The position numbers were made by a program, and so were the translations under genes. A stretch of 61,330 nt of DNA, filler included, from Nemertoderma westbladi (Eukaryota > Animalia > Xenacoelomorpha), in assembly GCA_032718475.1 (NCBI GenBank). It is 3 parts of 3 records of this genome, joined end to end, with 100 filler letters (N's around TTAATTAATTAA, not from the genome) between each part and the next. Parts side by side here need not be neighbours in the genome. Positions count along the whole stretch, not along the records: positions 43,731 to 61,330 come from JAUCBJ010008211.1; 2 more parts are not named here. The stretch is one strand, 5' to 3'. Shown one piece after another: positions 48,326-61,330 of the stretch (position 1 is the first letter of the stretch; the number at the start of each line of letters is the position of its first letter). The notes beneath the pieces were generated by a model. That model saw only the letters and a list, made by a program, of their open reading frames with translations. It searched no databases and was not told where the DNA came from.

Positions 48326-51300
48326 CTTTCCTGCCGATCATAAGGAGAGTGTTCAGTCTTACTGTTTTTTCTTGATACTTTGTTGTTATTGCTGTCTAAG
48401 CCAGAAACACCGGCATTTTTGGATAGATACTGCTGTACCGTAAACTGCTTGAATTATCGAAAGTATAAACTGTTACCGAATCGAATATCACCTAACTCAT
48501 TAATCATATTGTTTGTACTGTTATTTTACCGTCAGTTATTAATTGTAAATATTTGTTGATGGAAATATCGCTATTTGGATAATACGGATAAATCACCCAA
48601 TTCCCAATTTTCTTGATAACACTACAGGTTAGAGAGACCGGCTATACATAACAATTGCGATTTATATTAATGTGGTGTGTATTGAATCCAATGTTATTTA
48701 GCAGACCCTACGTGAGTCAATTACTGCTCTCTTTATGTGTGATCAAATGTACTGACTGTCGGCAGAATAGTGTGTATGATTGTGATTGGTAACAAAGTAT
48801 TTCCTAAAGAATACGTTTTATACTTTAATCATAGGCAGTATCGTTGCGTTTAGTATAAGTCTTAGTTCTGTTTAAATAGATAAAGCGCCACGTCCTAAAG
48901 GAACTGTTAATATTTCCCGAAAGCCAATAATATCTGTCAGAGATTAATTATTAACGATCTATCGAATAATACATTAGGTATACACTGCAACCTTACACTG
49001 TAATAATACAATTCAAGCATCCGAATTCCGTCTCCCGGGTGTAGATCCATCGGGTGAATGATCGCGCATGGGCTGACTTCGGCTAATGTTTTGCGTATTA
49101 GCATAAATTATTGTCGTATGCTAAAGTGGTTTTAATTAACGAAAAGACATATAAATTTTGGCAGGTTAAACTGCTAAAGGTCTTCGAAAGCGCGAACAAA
49201 TGTTTAGATTGAATAAGCGCTATGCATCCGTCCAGGCGAAATATATGTGATGTTCATAATGGAAATTCCACAGAGGATCGAGTGCATCAATGATCTAATT
49301 TATACTGACAGACTGAAGGTACCTGTAGAGTGTAGACTACTGGACTATGCCTATACTGTAGGTATTTCAGCAATAACTATTACGTTTTGGATTACAATTA
49401 ATTACATCCACACAGACAAACAGGCATACAAACAGACAACAACCCAAACCGCAATGATAATTACCTTTGCAGGCATTTCATATATATGTGAAGCAATAAG
49501 CATAACTCTGCTTCGGCAGCAGAAGTACATACTACAGTAGTTCCAAAGTCTGCATCCAAAGTAGAGTTACGAATGAATCATGCTTAAAAGAGTGAACCGG
49601 CCTTAACCGGAGAGATTTTAATGAAAGTTCAAGAGTTCTTCCTACTGCCTAGGTTTTCAAAATAATAGGTTTCCATCTCTGTGTCACAATGAAAACATTT
49701 AAGCCAATAGGAGGATTCAAGAAAGTTCCCTTTGAGCCTCTATGTAAATGATTGAGCCAATCAGGTTAAAATTTTCTGGCTTCAGTCCGCCGTTTGTCCA
49801 GACAACAAAGAGCGGATTCTTAAATTATAATGCTATAATTCAAATTGACCGCGCATATTTGGGCTTTTAATTGACAATCCGCAGTCCGTAGTCCGCAGTC
49901 CGCAGTCCGCTCTTTACATGCACCCGATTTTAGCTTATTTTCTTCACCTCAATAAACACTCTTGCATTCTTGCACTACCTCAATTGCTCAATTTCTTGTC
50001 TATCAGTCTAAATGCCTGATGTAATAAACGTAATTTAATAAACGTAATATCTGTCTGTCTGCGTCAGCCTACAGTATATTGAGTAAGCACTTTCGAATGG
50101 TCAATGTTATGAATCGAGTTAGTCATGTTTACCTTACCATACTGCCATAGCAACTAGTTGTTTTCTTATGATGGGTGACATTGTAAGAAGAATGTAACCT
50201 ACCCGCACTTTATCGACGGGTTTCCTGAGTAATTAATAAATTATTTTTCATTCTGTCATTAATTGTTTAACTAAGCTACCGGGTACTTTATTAATTAATT
50301 AAATCCAAAATGTTAATTTTTCATACAGTTATAAATTTTAAACTATGCGTGCAGCAACTGTTTAATCTTTAATTTTTACTAGGAGTATAAAACATAGCAG
50401 CATAGGCTATACACTATACTTTATTGCAATTACACACGTCAGCACGTGCTACTCAGCTGCTCAGATATACTGACATATATCAGTATATTAAATTGATATG
50501 AACTGAACTACAGAATATTAGAATTCAAACTTGAACACTCATCCTTGAACTTGTCCGATTATGCAACAAAACTTCAGATATTATTTTGCACTTATCCGGG
50601 TCCCCTTCCCCAAAGAACATAAAGTCAGTGCAAACTGCAAAGTAACTGTAATTTGCTAAGGACAACTCTATCCTATCAGTCAGTACTGCCAATGAGAGTG
50701 CAGTATTTAGAATGCTGGAATGGAATTGGCTGTGATTGGCTGGTTTGTACATCAACAATCTAAACTGGCTAGACAAGAAATTGAGGTAGAGCAAGATTGC
50801 GAGATAGTTTATTGAGGTGAAGCAAATTGAGCTAAAATCGCATTCTGCTCTACCTGCTACCTCAATATCTACTCTTCTGATCTTACAGCTTAACTGCTTA
50901 AAGTCATGAATGTCATCATAATATGGTACTACTGTACTAGTCAGCTAGTACTGGTACCGGACTGCCGGACCGGTAACTGCAGAACTGTGCCCTATCGGTA
51001 CTTCTTTACTTAATGTACAATGTACATACATGACATAATCTCATAATGCAGTACTGCAGTAGGCCTAATGTTGTTGCACTCGTGCACTGGCTGCATGACG
51101 GTACTGGGATAATCAGCTGCACCCGCCAGCCCACAGCGCAGATAGCTGGATGGAATTGGAATTGGAATTGGAATTATTTATTTGACAAACGAAGTAAAGT
51201 ATAGACATACCGACATATAAGTAGATATAAACCATAAATATATATACCGGTATATATAAACCGGATAGGTTGCATTTGCTCGCCCTCGTCAGCTCAAGTT

Positions 51301-51556
51301 GCTCGTCTGCTCGTAGCCCTTCAAAACTCAAGGCTCATTCTGGTATTGGACTGTTGGATGGGAAACCTGAAACCCCTGCCAGCCTGCTACCCTGCAACAA
51401 CAAAAACATCAGTTCAGCAGTTAACCTAATATTTTACCGGTAATTTAATATTTACGGTGTGACGGCTGGACGGTAAGCTGGTACTGGTAAGCGTAGTCGT
51501 ATCCCAAGCCGAGGTTGCTGACCTCGAACTCTCCTTAGACTGTGACTAAAAGTTAG

Positions 51557-53524
51557 ATGAAGCGACTTCGAAGGTCGCTCAGCCACAGTCTGCGTCGGTT
51601 GTCCCTCACTAAAGAGGTTGTCAACGAACTGGACGACTCTGTATTCGTTACCGGTACCGACGGACCGACAACAACCCGGTTGCTAGGCCCTCCTACCGGT
51701 CGTCCTAACGCCCATTCCCTGACCAGTCTACGCGACACGGTCTGCGTGGAGGAATCTCCAGACGCCGGATTCAACGAACCAGCTTCCAGCTCAAACTCTC
51801 TTACAGCCCTGCGTACCGTTACCGCTACCGGTAGAAACTTTCGTAGACATTACAGCTGCAACGATGTAGACTCACCCGATTCCTCGCTCCCATCTTCGCC
51901 CAGAATCCCCCCTTACCGAGGGGATACATCCCCTTTTGGTAAACTAGATTCCTACCAAAGACTAGAAGTCCTTGGGGAAGGTTCCTACGCGACAGTCTAC
52001 AAAGGAATCAGCAATGTCACCGGCCAACTAGTGGCTTTAAAAGAAATTCGCCTTCAAGCAGATGAAGGCGCTCCTTTTACGGCTATACGAGAAGCCTCGT
52101 TGCTAAAACAACTTAAACACAACAATATTGTTACTTTGCACGACATTGTTTACACTAAAGAACGGATGGTTTTCGTCTTTGAGTATTTGGATTGGGATCT
52201 CAGTCAATATTTGGAGCGTTACGGGCGGGGCGGGTTGAATCCCATCAATGTTAAACTCTTTCTGTTCCAGATGCTGCGGGGATTGGCGTTCTGCCACGCC
52301 CGTAGGATTCTGCATCGGGATATAAAGCCGCAGAATCTTTTGATTAATCGGGGCGGCGAGTTGAAGCTGGCGGATTTCGGTTTGGCCCGAGCGAAATCTG
52401 TTCCTTCTAAAACTTATTCGCACGAGGTAGGTGGAAGGGGGGGAGATGGTTGAGTGAGGTATTACTGTGAGCATATACCAGTCGGTATACTATACTGATA
52501 TACATTATACCCAGACGGGAATTCCACCGTGGCATTATACCATAAATATTAATTAGTGAATAAAATTGTTTATATTTATTACCGTACAGTAGGCAGTTAA
52601 TCCTAGTTCACATAAACACTTTGCTTTAAGAGCGCTGAACTTTTGCGTCTGATTTTGAACGCGCTTTCTCATCACTTTCAGCTCGTTCTCACAGTTCTGT
52701 AAACAAAACCCATACAATGTGACCGACAAATGAATGACCAACATAGAGTAGTCACCGCGCTAACACCTTCACCAGTGAACTGTTCAAACATAACTAAATT
52801 GTCTTTCATTCATTTTGCAAATAAAGACATTTTTTTCAAACACGTAAGAAAAAGTCTAAAAACATAAATATAATATTCTGATTGACTCTTCGTCTTCACT
52901 TAAATAGGGAGACGGGCAGACCAGACAGGGTACCAAAACTATGTATAGGCCTTTAGGACTAAATTATAATATATTATTATAATATTATATAATTCTGTTT
53001 CCTAGGTAGTAACGCTGTGGTACCGCCCCCCGGATGTCCTGCTAGGCTCCACCGAATACTCCCACCAACTCGACATGTGGGGCGTAGGCTGCATCTTCGC
53101 CGAGATGATCAGCGGGTCGCCCCTGTTCCCGGGCCAGAAGGACGCCCGGGACCAGCTCAACAAGATCTGGCGGGTGTTGGGGACCCCCGACGAGCGGAGT
53201 TGGCCCGGGGTCTCCCGACTGCCCGGATACTCTCCCGAACTAATGCGCTGGCATCGGGCCCAGTCCTTAGAGATCGTCGTACCTAAGATGGTTATAATTC
53301 CCGAGTCGGAGTCCTTGTGCTCCAAGATGCTCCGGTTGAATCCCGCCGAGCGGATCAGTGCAATCACCGCCTCCGACCACAACTACTTCAGCGAGTTGTC
53401 GGCCGCGTCCTGCTTCCTGAGGCCGGTTGACTCCGTGTTCATTCTGCCCGGGGTCCGCAGACAGGCTGAGAGCCACTCGAATAACCTGCGCAAACAGCGA
53501 TCTACGACGTCCTCTTACTATTAG
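51557..53524 (+). CDS. CDK14: PFTAIRE cyclin-dependent kinase (CDK14/Eip63E-like); exons 51557-52426 and 53006-53524
   Basis: [53 protein letters not shown]|[10 protein letters not shown] and DMWGVGCIF. Phase-0 GT-AG intron at 52427-53005. About 462 aa; additional upstream exons are not excluded. Confidence 0.93.
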
Positions 53525-54456
53525 CAATGGGGGCTGTCCGGGTCTGGATGGGGGGATGGGAGGGTGTTTGCGTGGGGGGAGGGGTCTAGGAGGGGGTTGC
53601 ATTGGTTGAAATAGGGGTCCTGGGGGGAGGGGGGGGGGTTACATTTTACAAACCCTTATTATCGGGTTGGAACGAATCTCACATCCTTTTTGTTGAGATT
53701 TTTCTCCTGGTGGGGATGAGTTTGACAAACCTATTTATCCACCTCTTTTACTTTCTGTTCAGACTGTGTTGTCCTTGCTGTAGAGTTAGGTATAACCATT
53801 AGTTATGTTGTGGAATTCCACTTTTACTTCCATTCTTGTTGGGATAAATAAAAGCACAACAGGATACTAATTAGTCCAACTAAATGAATAAGTTACAGGA
53901 TTATATAATTATTATAATATTACAATTTCTATAGAACACAGAAAAGCTCATTATTATTGCAGCCGTAATTATTGCAGCAGCCTTCATTATTGCTGCAACG
54001 CTCAGTATTGCTGCAACCCTCATCGTCTCCTACTCATATTACCGTATATCATTTTCTTAGGCTGTGAATTTCGTTCTAACCCGTTATATAATATCAACTT
54101 TATAAATACAGTGTTTGTTTAGTGATCAGTAATGGTAAAGTCTTTGTATAATAAATTAATTAATTAACAACAATTTTATGTTCTTTATTTCTTAAAGCTT
54201 TTTAGAATATCCAACTCAAGGGCTAAATCTAATCGCATTATTATGGATTTAAATATTTCTATTATTTATAGTGAGCTGCTTTATCTAATTTCTTCTTTAT
54301 TATTTTTAATTTAATTTGTTTTTAATCAGTTAGGCCTATCCGTTGTTATGAGTTTTTAACTAATTTAAAATCTTTATAAAATCAGACTTTTTAAATTTTT
54401 GAATGTTAATGTAAATTATAGCGCGAACCATCACGTATCGTTCAACATTTGGAGAA

Positions 54457-55627
54457 ATGTAGGGGTAGGCCCTCGTGTATGTAGGGGTAGGCCCTCGTGT
54501 ATGTAGGGGTAGGCCCTCGTGTATGTAGGGGTAGGCCCTCGTGTATGTAGGGGTAGGCCCTCGTGTATGTGTAGGGGTAGGCCCTCGTGGATGTAGGAGT
54601 AGGCCCTCGTGTATGTAGGGGTAGGCTCTCGTGTATGTATGGGTATGCCCTCGTGTATGTAGGGGTAGGCCCTCGTGTATGTAGGGGTAGGCCCTCGTGT
54701 ATGTGTAGGGGTAGGCCCTCGTGTATGTAGGGGTAGGCCCTCGTGTATGTAGGGGTAGGCCCTCGTGTATGTATGGGTATGCCCTCGTGTATGTAGGGGT
54801 AGGCCCTCGTGTATGTAGGGGTAGGCCCTCGTGTATGTATGGGTAGGGTAGGCCCTCGTATATGTAGGGGTAGGCCCTCGTGTATGTAGGCGTAGGGGTA
54901 GGCCCTCGTGTATGTAGGGGTAGGCCCTCGTGTATGTAGGGGTAGGCCCTCGTGTATGTAGGGGTAGGCCCTCGTGTATGTAGGGGTAGGCCCTCGTGTA
55001 TGTAGAGGTAGGCCCTCGTGTATGTAGGGGTAGGCCCTCGTATGTAGGGGTAGGCCCTCGTGTATGTAGGGGTAGGCCATCGTGTATGTAGGGGTAGGCC
55101 CTCGTGTATGTAGGGGTAGCCCTCGTGTATGTATGGGTAGGCCCTCGTGTATGTAGGGGTAGGCCCTCGTGTATGTAGGGGTAGGCCCTCGTGTATGTAG
55201 GGGTAGGCCCTCGTGTATGTAGGGGTAGGCCCTCGTGTATGTATGGGTATGCCCTCGTGTATGTAGGGGTAGGCCCTCGTGGATGTAGGGGTAGGCCCTC
55301 GTGTATGTGTAGGGGTAGGCCCTCGTGGATGTAGGAGTAGGCCCTCGTGTATATAGGGGTAGGCCCTCGTGTATGTAGGGGTAGGCCCTCGTATGTAGGG
55401 GTAGGCCCTCGTGTATGTAGGGGTAGGCCCTCGTATGTAGGGGTAGGCCCTCGTGTATGTAGGGGTAGGCCATCGTGTATGTAGGGGTAGGCCCTCGTGT
55501 ATGTAGGGGTAGCCCTCGTGTATGTATGGGTAGGCCCTCGTGTATGTAGGGGTAGGCCCTCGTGTATGTAGGGGTAGGCCCTCGTGTATGTAGGGGTAGG
55601 CCCTCGTGTATGTAGGGGTAGGCCCTC
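54457..55627. repeat. Satellite, 22-bp unit GTATGTAGGGGTAGGCCCTCGT (array 1)
   Basis: Direct tandem copies. Confidence 0.96.
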
Positions 55628-56433
55628 ATTTTGAAATGTTGGAATTTATCATCTCTGACCCCCTCAAACGTTTCCATTTCGTCAAAAAATACGACATGCG
55701 AAATTTTAAGCATGTACATCAAATATTAGAGGGAGCTCAAACACACTGAAGTTGAGTGTCTGGTCACCGATTGATCGCGCGCGAAGAATATAATAGAGTT
55801 TGCTGATATGAAGGCTTCTGTTGGTCGTACAGAGTTAATTTTAGGCTTATTTGAACCGCAGTCATCGATTTAGTGGGTGTAGATACCTTCAAAACAAGTG
55901 CTAAGGTAGTAGTTCTTGAGATATCACACAAAAGCTTAAACCCGGCACAACTCATCAATCGATCATTCAATTGATTACGCCAAGGACATTTTGAAATATT
56001 GGCATTAACATTTTGTAGGTCTACCTCCCTGCATCTTCTTTCAGTTAATCTCGATTTTAGCATTGTATAACCATTCAAACTATGTTTAGTAAAAAAAAAT
56101 TCATCACAACCCCATGGGAAATGCTTGCACAACCATCACTAATTTGTGCCTAAGCGCCATTTGGTACGATATCAATAATTGGCCACAAAACTTAACTTTT
56201 GGTTAATTATATCAGGAACTGTTCGTTTAATTTGATTTTGACTGATTTTAAGTGCAGAACCCAAAAATCGCATCTGAAAAAATCTTCTTTTCATCTTTAA
56301 AATGATATGGTGCATGATATACAACAATACTATACTGTACTTCAAAGCATTTTAAGAAAAGGATTGATAAATGCAGAGATATGTGCATCCAGCGACCAAA
56401 AGAGAACTAATATATGGGAAGAAGCTTTGCACA

Positions 56434-57170
56434 TATGTGTAGGGGTAGGCCCTCGTGTATGTAGGGGTAGGCCCTCGTGTATGTAGGGGTAGGCCCTCGT
56501 GTATGTATGGGTATGCCCTCGTGTATGTAGGGGTAGGCCCTCGTGTATGTAGGGGTAGGCCCTCGTGTATGTATGGGTAGGGTAGGCCCTCGTATATGTA
56601 GGGGTAGGCCCTCGTGTATGTAGGGGTAGGCCCTCGTGTATGTAGGGGTAGGCCCTCGTGTATGTAGGGGTAGGCCCTCGTGTATGTAGGGGTAGGCCCT
56701 CGTGTATGTAAGGGTAGGCCCTCGTGTATGTAGAGGTAGGCCCTCGTGTATGTAGGGGTAGGCCCTCGTATGTAGGGGTAGGCCCTCGTGTATGTAGGGG
56801 TAGGCCATCGTGTATGTAGGGGTAGGCCCTCGTGTATGTAGGGGTAGCCCTCGTGTATGTATGGGTAGGCCCTCGTGTATGTAGGGGTAGGCCCTCGTGT
56901 ATGTAGGGGTAGGCCCTCGTGTATGTAGGGGTAGGCCCTCGTGTATGTAGGGGTAGGCCCTCGTGTATGTATGGGTATGCCCTCGTGTATGTAGGGGTAG
57001 GCCCTCGTGGATGTAGGGGTAGGCCCTCGTGTATGTGTAGGGGTAGGCCCTCGTGGATGTAGGAGTAGGCCCTCGTGTATATAGGGGTAGGCCCTCGTGT
57101 ATGTAGGGGTAGGCCCTCGTATGTAGGGGTAGGCCCTCGTGTATGTAGGGGTAGGCCCTCGTGGATGTAG
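56434..57170. repeat. Satellite, same 22-bp unit (array 2)
   Basis: Direct tandem copies sharing variant order with array 1. Confidence 0.96.
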
Positions 57171-58377
57171 GCCTAGGCCACAACACCTTTTGCGATTGGA
57201 TATCAGTTCACTTTCACTAATTATTGTAATCTAATTAAATAATAATTATGGTTTGTCTGTTACCGATATGATAATATTTTAGGTGTCTAACAGACGTTAT
57301 ATTGTGCTTTGCGGACAGCAGTTGTTAGTTAAGTTTTATGTTTCTTTGCATTTAGTCTTAGATATTTTCCGTATTACGGTGTGTAATAAATTCGCACCTT
57401 ATACTGTTTCAGTATTATTTGTTATCCCAGAGTGCTTTAATATGTTTTATTGTTTATGTATTATTTGTTCCACAATTGAAACATTGCTACTATTGGGGAA
57501 ATTGATGTTATAAAAATATCAGAATTATAAGGCGAATGAAACTTGTCTAAATTTCTACTTTATGGAATCGCATACAACTAAGCTGATTGTAGAGCAGATC
57601 ACCATGCCAACGACAAGCTGTCATAGAGCGTTGCTATGCAACCATCGGGAATTAATGCTTCAATTTTGGAATAATCTTAATTTATTAACGTTGCCTTATA
57701 TTGTGTCTCTAGTAGATTCTATCAGAATGCGGTCAGCTGTAGATTTTAGATGTGTTTATATTGTTCAGTTTCACTGACGTCTGTTAGTGAATTATTTTAT
57801 TTAGTGGAGTGTAACAAGTTGAGGCAATATTTAACTAGATCTGCCATTGCCTTGCCTTATATAGTGAGAATATATATATTGGTCAATAAAAAAACAGTTA
57901 TATTTACCTTTTATTTTAACAAACGTTATTAAAAGTCTAAATTAGATTGGAAAATATTATATATTTATGTAACATTGAAAATTTAAAAATAATGTTTTTA
58001 ATTCAATTAATATTTTAAACTATTTATATTTTCTATTTGTTTATTTCCAATTTCTGTTCTGTAATTTACTATTTTTTTGTCCTTGCTTTAATTTTATTGA
58101 TTGTTTACTAAAGAAGTCGATGTAAATACAACGAAATCAACAATTATTATTTAATATTAAATTATACTAATTAATATTATACAATTATTAATAGTTTACT
58201 TTGTCAACAAAACAATTTTTTTGTCGCACTCATATAATTTATTATAGTAGCAATAATATTGGATCTGTATATGAAAAATATAAAAATTAAATACAATTTA
58301 TTTAATTTAAAATTATTTCTTCCTCGATGGTTTTTCCATCCGTCTGCTAAAGTATAATAGTAACTAACACTATATCA

Positions 58378-61190
58378 TTAGTAACTGATGCACCAGGATC
58401 TGGTACTACTAGTAACTGATGCACCAGTTCTGGCACAACTAGTAACTGATGCACCAGTTCTGTCACTACTAGTAACTGATGCACCAGTTCTGTCACTACT
58501 AGTAACTAGTGCGGCAGTATATGGCACTACTAGTAACTAGTGCACCAGCTCTGGCAAAACTAGTAACTGATGCACCAGTTCTGTCACTACTAGTAACTAG
58601 TGCGCCAGTATATGGCACTACTAGTAACTAGTGCGCCAGTATATGGCACTACTAGTAACTAGTGCACCAGCTCTGGCACAACTAGTAACTGATGCACCAG
58701 TTCTGTCACTACTAGTAACTAGTGCGCCAGTATATGGCACTACTAGTAACTAGTGCACCAGCTCTGGCACAACTAGTAACTGATGCACCAGTTCTGGCAC
58801 AACTAGTAACTGATGCACCAGTTCTGTCACTACTAGTAACTAGTGCGCCAGTATATGGCACTACTAGTAACTAGTGCACCAGCTCTGGCACAACTAGTAA
58901 CTGATGCACCAGTTCTGGCACAACTAGTAACTGATGCACCAGTTCTGTCACTACTAGTAACTAGTGCGCCAGTATATGGCACTACTAGTAACTAGTGCAC
59001 CAGCTCTGGCACAACTAGTAACTGATGCACCAGTTCTGTCACTACTAGTAACTAGTGCGCCAGTATATGGCACTACTAGTAACTAGTGCACCAGCTCTGG
59101 CACAACTAGTAACTGATGCACCAGTTCTGGCACAACTAGTAACTGATGCACCAGTTCTGTCACTACTAGTAACTAGTGCGCCAGTATATGGCACTACTAG
59201 TAACTAGTGCACCAGCTCTGGCACAACTAGTAACTGATGCACCAGTTCTGTCACTACTAGTAACTAGTGCGCCAGTATATGGCACTACTAGTAACTAGTG
59301 CACCAGCTCTGGCACAACTAGTAACTGATGCACCAGTTCTGGCACAACTAGTAACTGATGCACCAGTTCTGTCACAACTAGTAACTGATGCACCAGTTCT
59401 GGCACAACTAGTAACTGATGCACCAGTTCTGTCACTACTAGTAACTAGTGCGCCAGTATATGGCACTACTAGTAACTAGTTCACCAGCTCTGGCACAACT
59501 AGTAACTGATGCACCAGTTCTGGCACAACTAGTAACTGATGCACCAGTTCTGTCACTACTAGTAACTAGTGCACCAGTTCTGGCACTACTAGTAACTAGT
59601 GCACCAGTTCTGGCATAACTAGTAACCAGTGCGCCATTATATAGCACTACTAGTAACTAGTGCGCCAGTTCTGGCACTCTAGTTAAGGTGCACCAGTTCT
59701 GGCACAACTATTAACTGATGCACCAGTTCTGGCACTACTAGTAAGTAACTGATGCACTAGTTCTGGCACTACTAGTAACTAATGCGCCAGTATATGGCAC
59801 TACTAGTAACTAGTGCACCAGTTCTGGCACTACTAGTAACTAGTGCACCAGTTCTGGCACAACTAGTAACCAGTGCGCCATTATATAGCACTAGTAACTA
59901 GTTCGCCAGTATCTGGCACTACTAGAAACTAGTGCGCGAGTCTGGCACTACTACTAATAACTAGTGCGCCATTATATAGCACTACTAGTAACTAGTGCGC
60001 CAGTATCTGGCACAACTAGTAACTAGTGCACCAGTTCTGGCACTACTAGTAACTAGTGCACCAGTTCTGGCACAACTAGTAACCAGTGCGCCATTATATA
60101 GCACTACTAGTAACTAGTGCGCCAGTATATGGCACTACTAGTAACTAGTGCACCAGTTCTGGCACTACTAGTAACTAGTGCACCAGTTCTGGCACAACTA
60201 GTAACCAGTGCGCCATTATATAGCACTACTAGTAACTAGTGCGCCAGTATCTGGCACTACTAGAAACTAGTGCGCGAGTCTGGCACTACTACTAATAACT
60301 AGTGCGCCTTTATATAGCACTACTAGTAACTAGTGCGACAGTATCTGGCACAACTAGTAACTAGTGCACCAGTTCTGGCACTACTAGTAACTAGTGCACC
60401 AGTTCTGGACAACTAGTAACCAGTGCGCCATTATATAGCACTACTAGTAACTAGTGCGCCAGTATATAGCACTACTAGTAACTAGTGCACCAGTTCTGGC
60501 ACTACTAGTAACTAGTGCACCAGTTCTGGCACAACTAGTAACCAGTGCGCCATTATATAGCACTACTAGTAACTAGTGCGCCAGTATCTGGCACTACTAG
60601 TAACTAGTGCACCAGATCTGGCACAACTAGTAACCAGTGCGCCATTATATAGCACTACTAGTAACTATTGCGCCAGTTCTGGCACTCTAGTTAAGGTGCA
60701 CCAGTTCTGGCACAACTAGTAACTGATGCACCAGTTCTGGCACTACTAGTAACTAGAGCGCCAGTATATGTCACGTCTAGTAACTAGTGCACCAGTTCTG
60801 GCACAACTAAGAACTGATGCACACGTTCTGGCACAACTAGTAACTGATACACCATTTCTGGCACTACTAGTAACTAATGCGCCAGTATATGGCACTACTA
60901 GTAACTAATGCGCCAGTATATGGCCTTACTAGTAACTAATGCACCAGTTCTGGCACTACTAGAAACTAGTGCACCAGTATCTGGTACTACTATAAACTAG
61001 TGCGCCCATCTTTCGTACTAGTAACTAGTGCGCCAGTTCTGGCACTACTAGTAACTAGTGCCCCAGTTCTGGCACTACTAGTAACTTGTGCAATAGAAAC
61101 TAGAGCACATTTTACCTTTATATGGCAGATGGTATTACTAGTAAGTAAGTAACTAGTGCACTAGTATTTGGCATTGCTAGTACACTAGTA
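58378..61190. repeat. Satellite, 30-31-bp unit ACTAGTAACTAGTGCACCAGTTCTGGCACT with higher-order structure
   Basis: About 2.8 kb of tandem copies with recurring variant order, degenerating at the right edge. Confidence 0.95.
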
Positions 61191-61330
61191 ACAAGTAAAG
61201 TTAAGATGTAGTACAACTAAATTAACTCATACTAATATTGTTACCACATTGCGTGTTATTTTTTTGCTGCAATCGTTTATTTATTATAAATTATTGTATT
61301 CAACCTTGGGACATTATAAATTATATTCCG

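Noticed and set aside
52103-53609. Several overlapping ORFs around the kinase
   Set aside because: They are alternative-frame or antisense shadows of the GC-rich CDK14 exons.
55630-56430. Possible degraded transposase, helicase or RdRP-like fragments between the 22-bp arrays
   Set aside because: There are only weak, mutually inconsistent motif resemblances in different frames, interrupted by stops. Not supportable without a search.
54442-57186. 426-aa and 259-aa repeat ORFs (YTRAYPYIHEGLPLHTRGPTPT)
   Set aside because: These are frame-cycling translations of a 22-bp satellite.

Overview
AT-rich eukaryotic (animal, probably invertebrate) genomic DNA, made of three assembly segments joined by 100-bp N/TTAATTAATTAA/N spacers (22895-22994, 43631-43730). 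There are four recognisable host genes: intronless LRMDA, intronless DAP3/MRPS29, UBE2H (four exons visible, first intron U12-type) and a PFTAIRE kinase (CDK14-like, one coding intron). They sit among many transposons and satellites: a full-length RTE-type LINE with a TSD, a 5'-truncated CRE retroelement, a Harbinger deletion derivative, hAT/pogo/Kolobok-type MITEs, foldbacks and seven tandem arrays. The most striking feature is a ~9.4-kb DNA transposon at the window start. It has long terminal inverted repeats, an Academ-like transposase and a convergent second gene encoding an SRF-type MADS-box-like domain plus two PHD fingers. Its inverted repeats carry arrays of perfect CArG boxes, CC(A/T)6GG, the canonical SRF/MADS binding site, which suggests the element encodes its own MADS-type end-binding protein. 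An unexplained ~950-aa intronless zinc-knuckle ORF (45044-47898) is also present. All family assignments come from motif reading by eye, not database searches.
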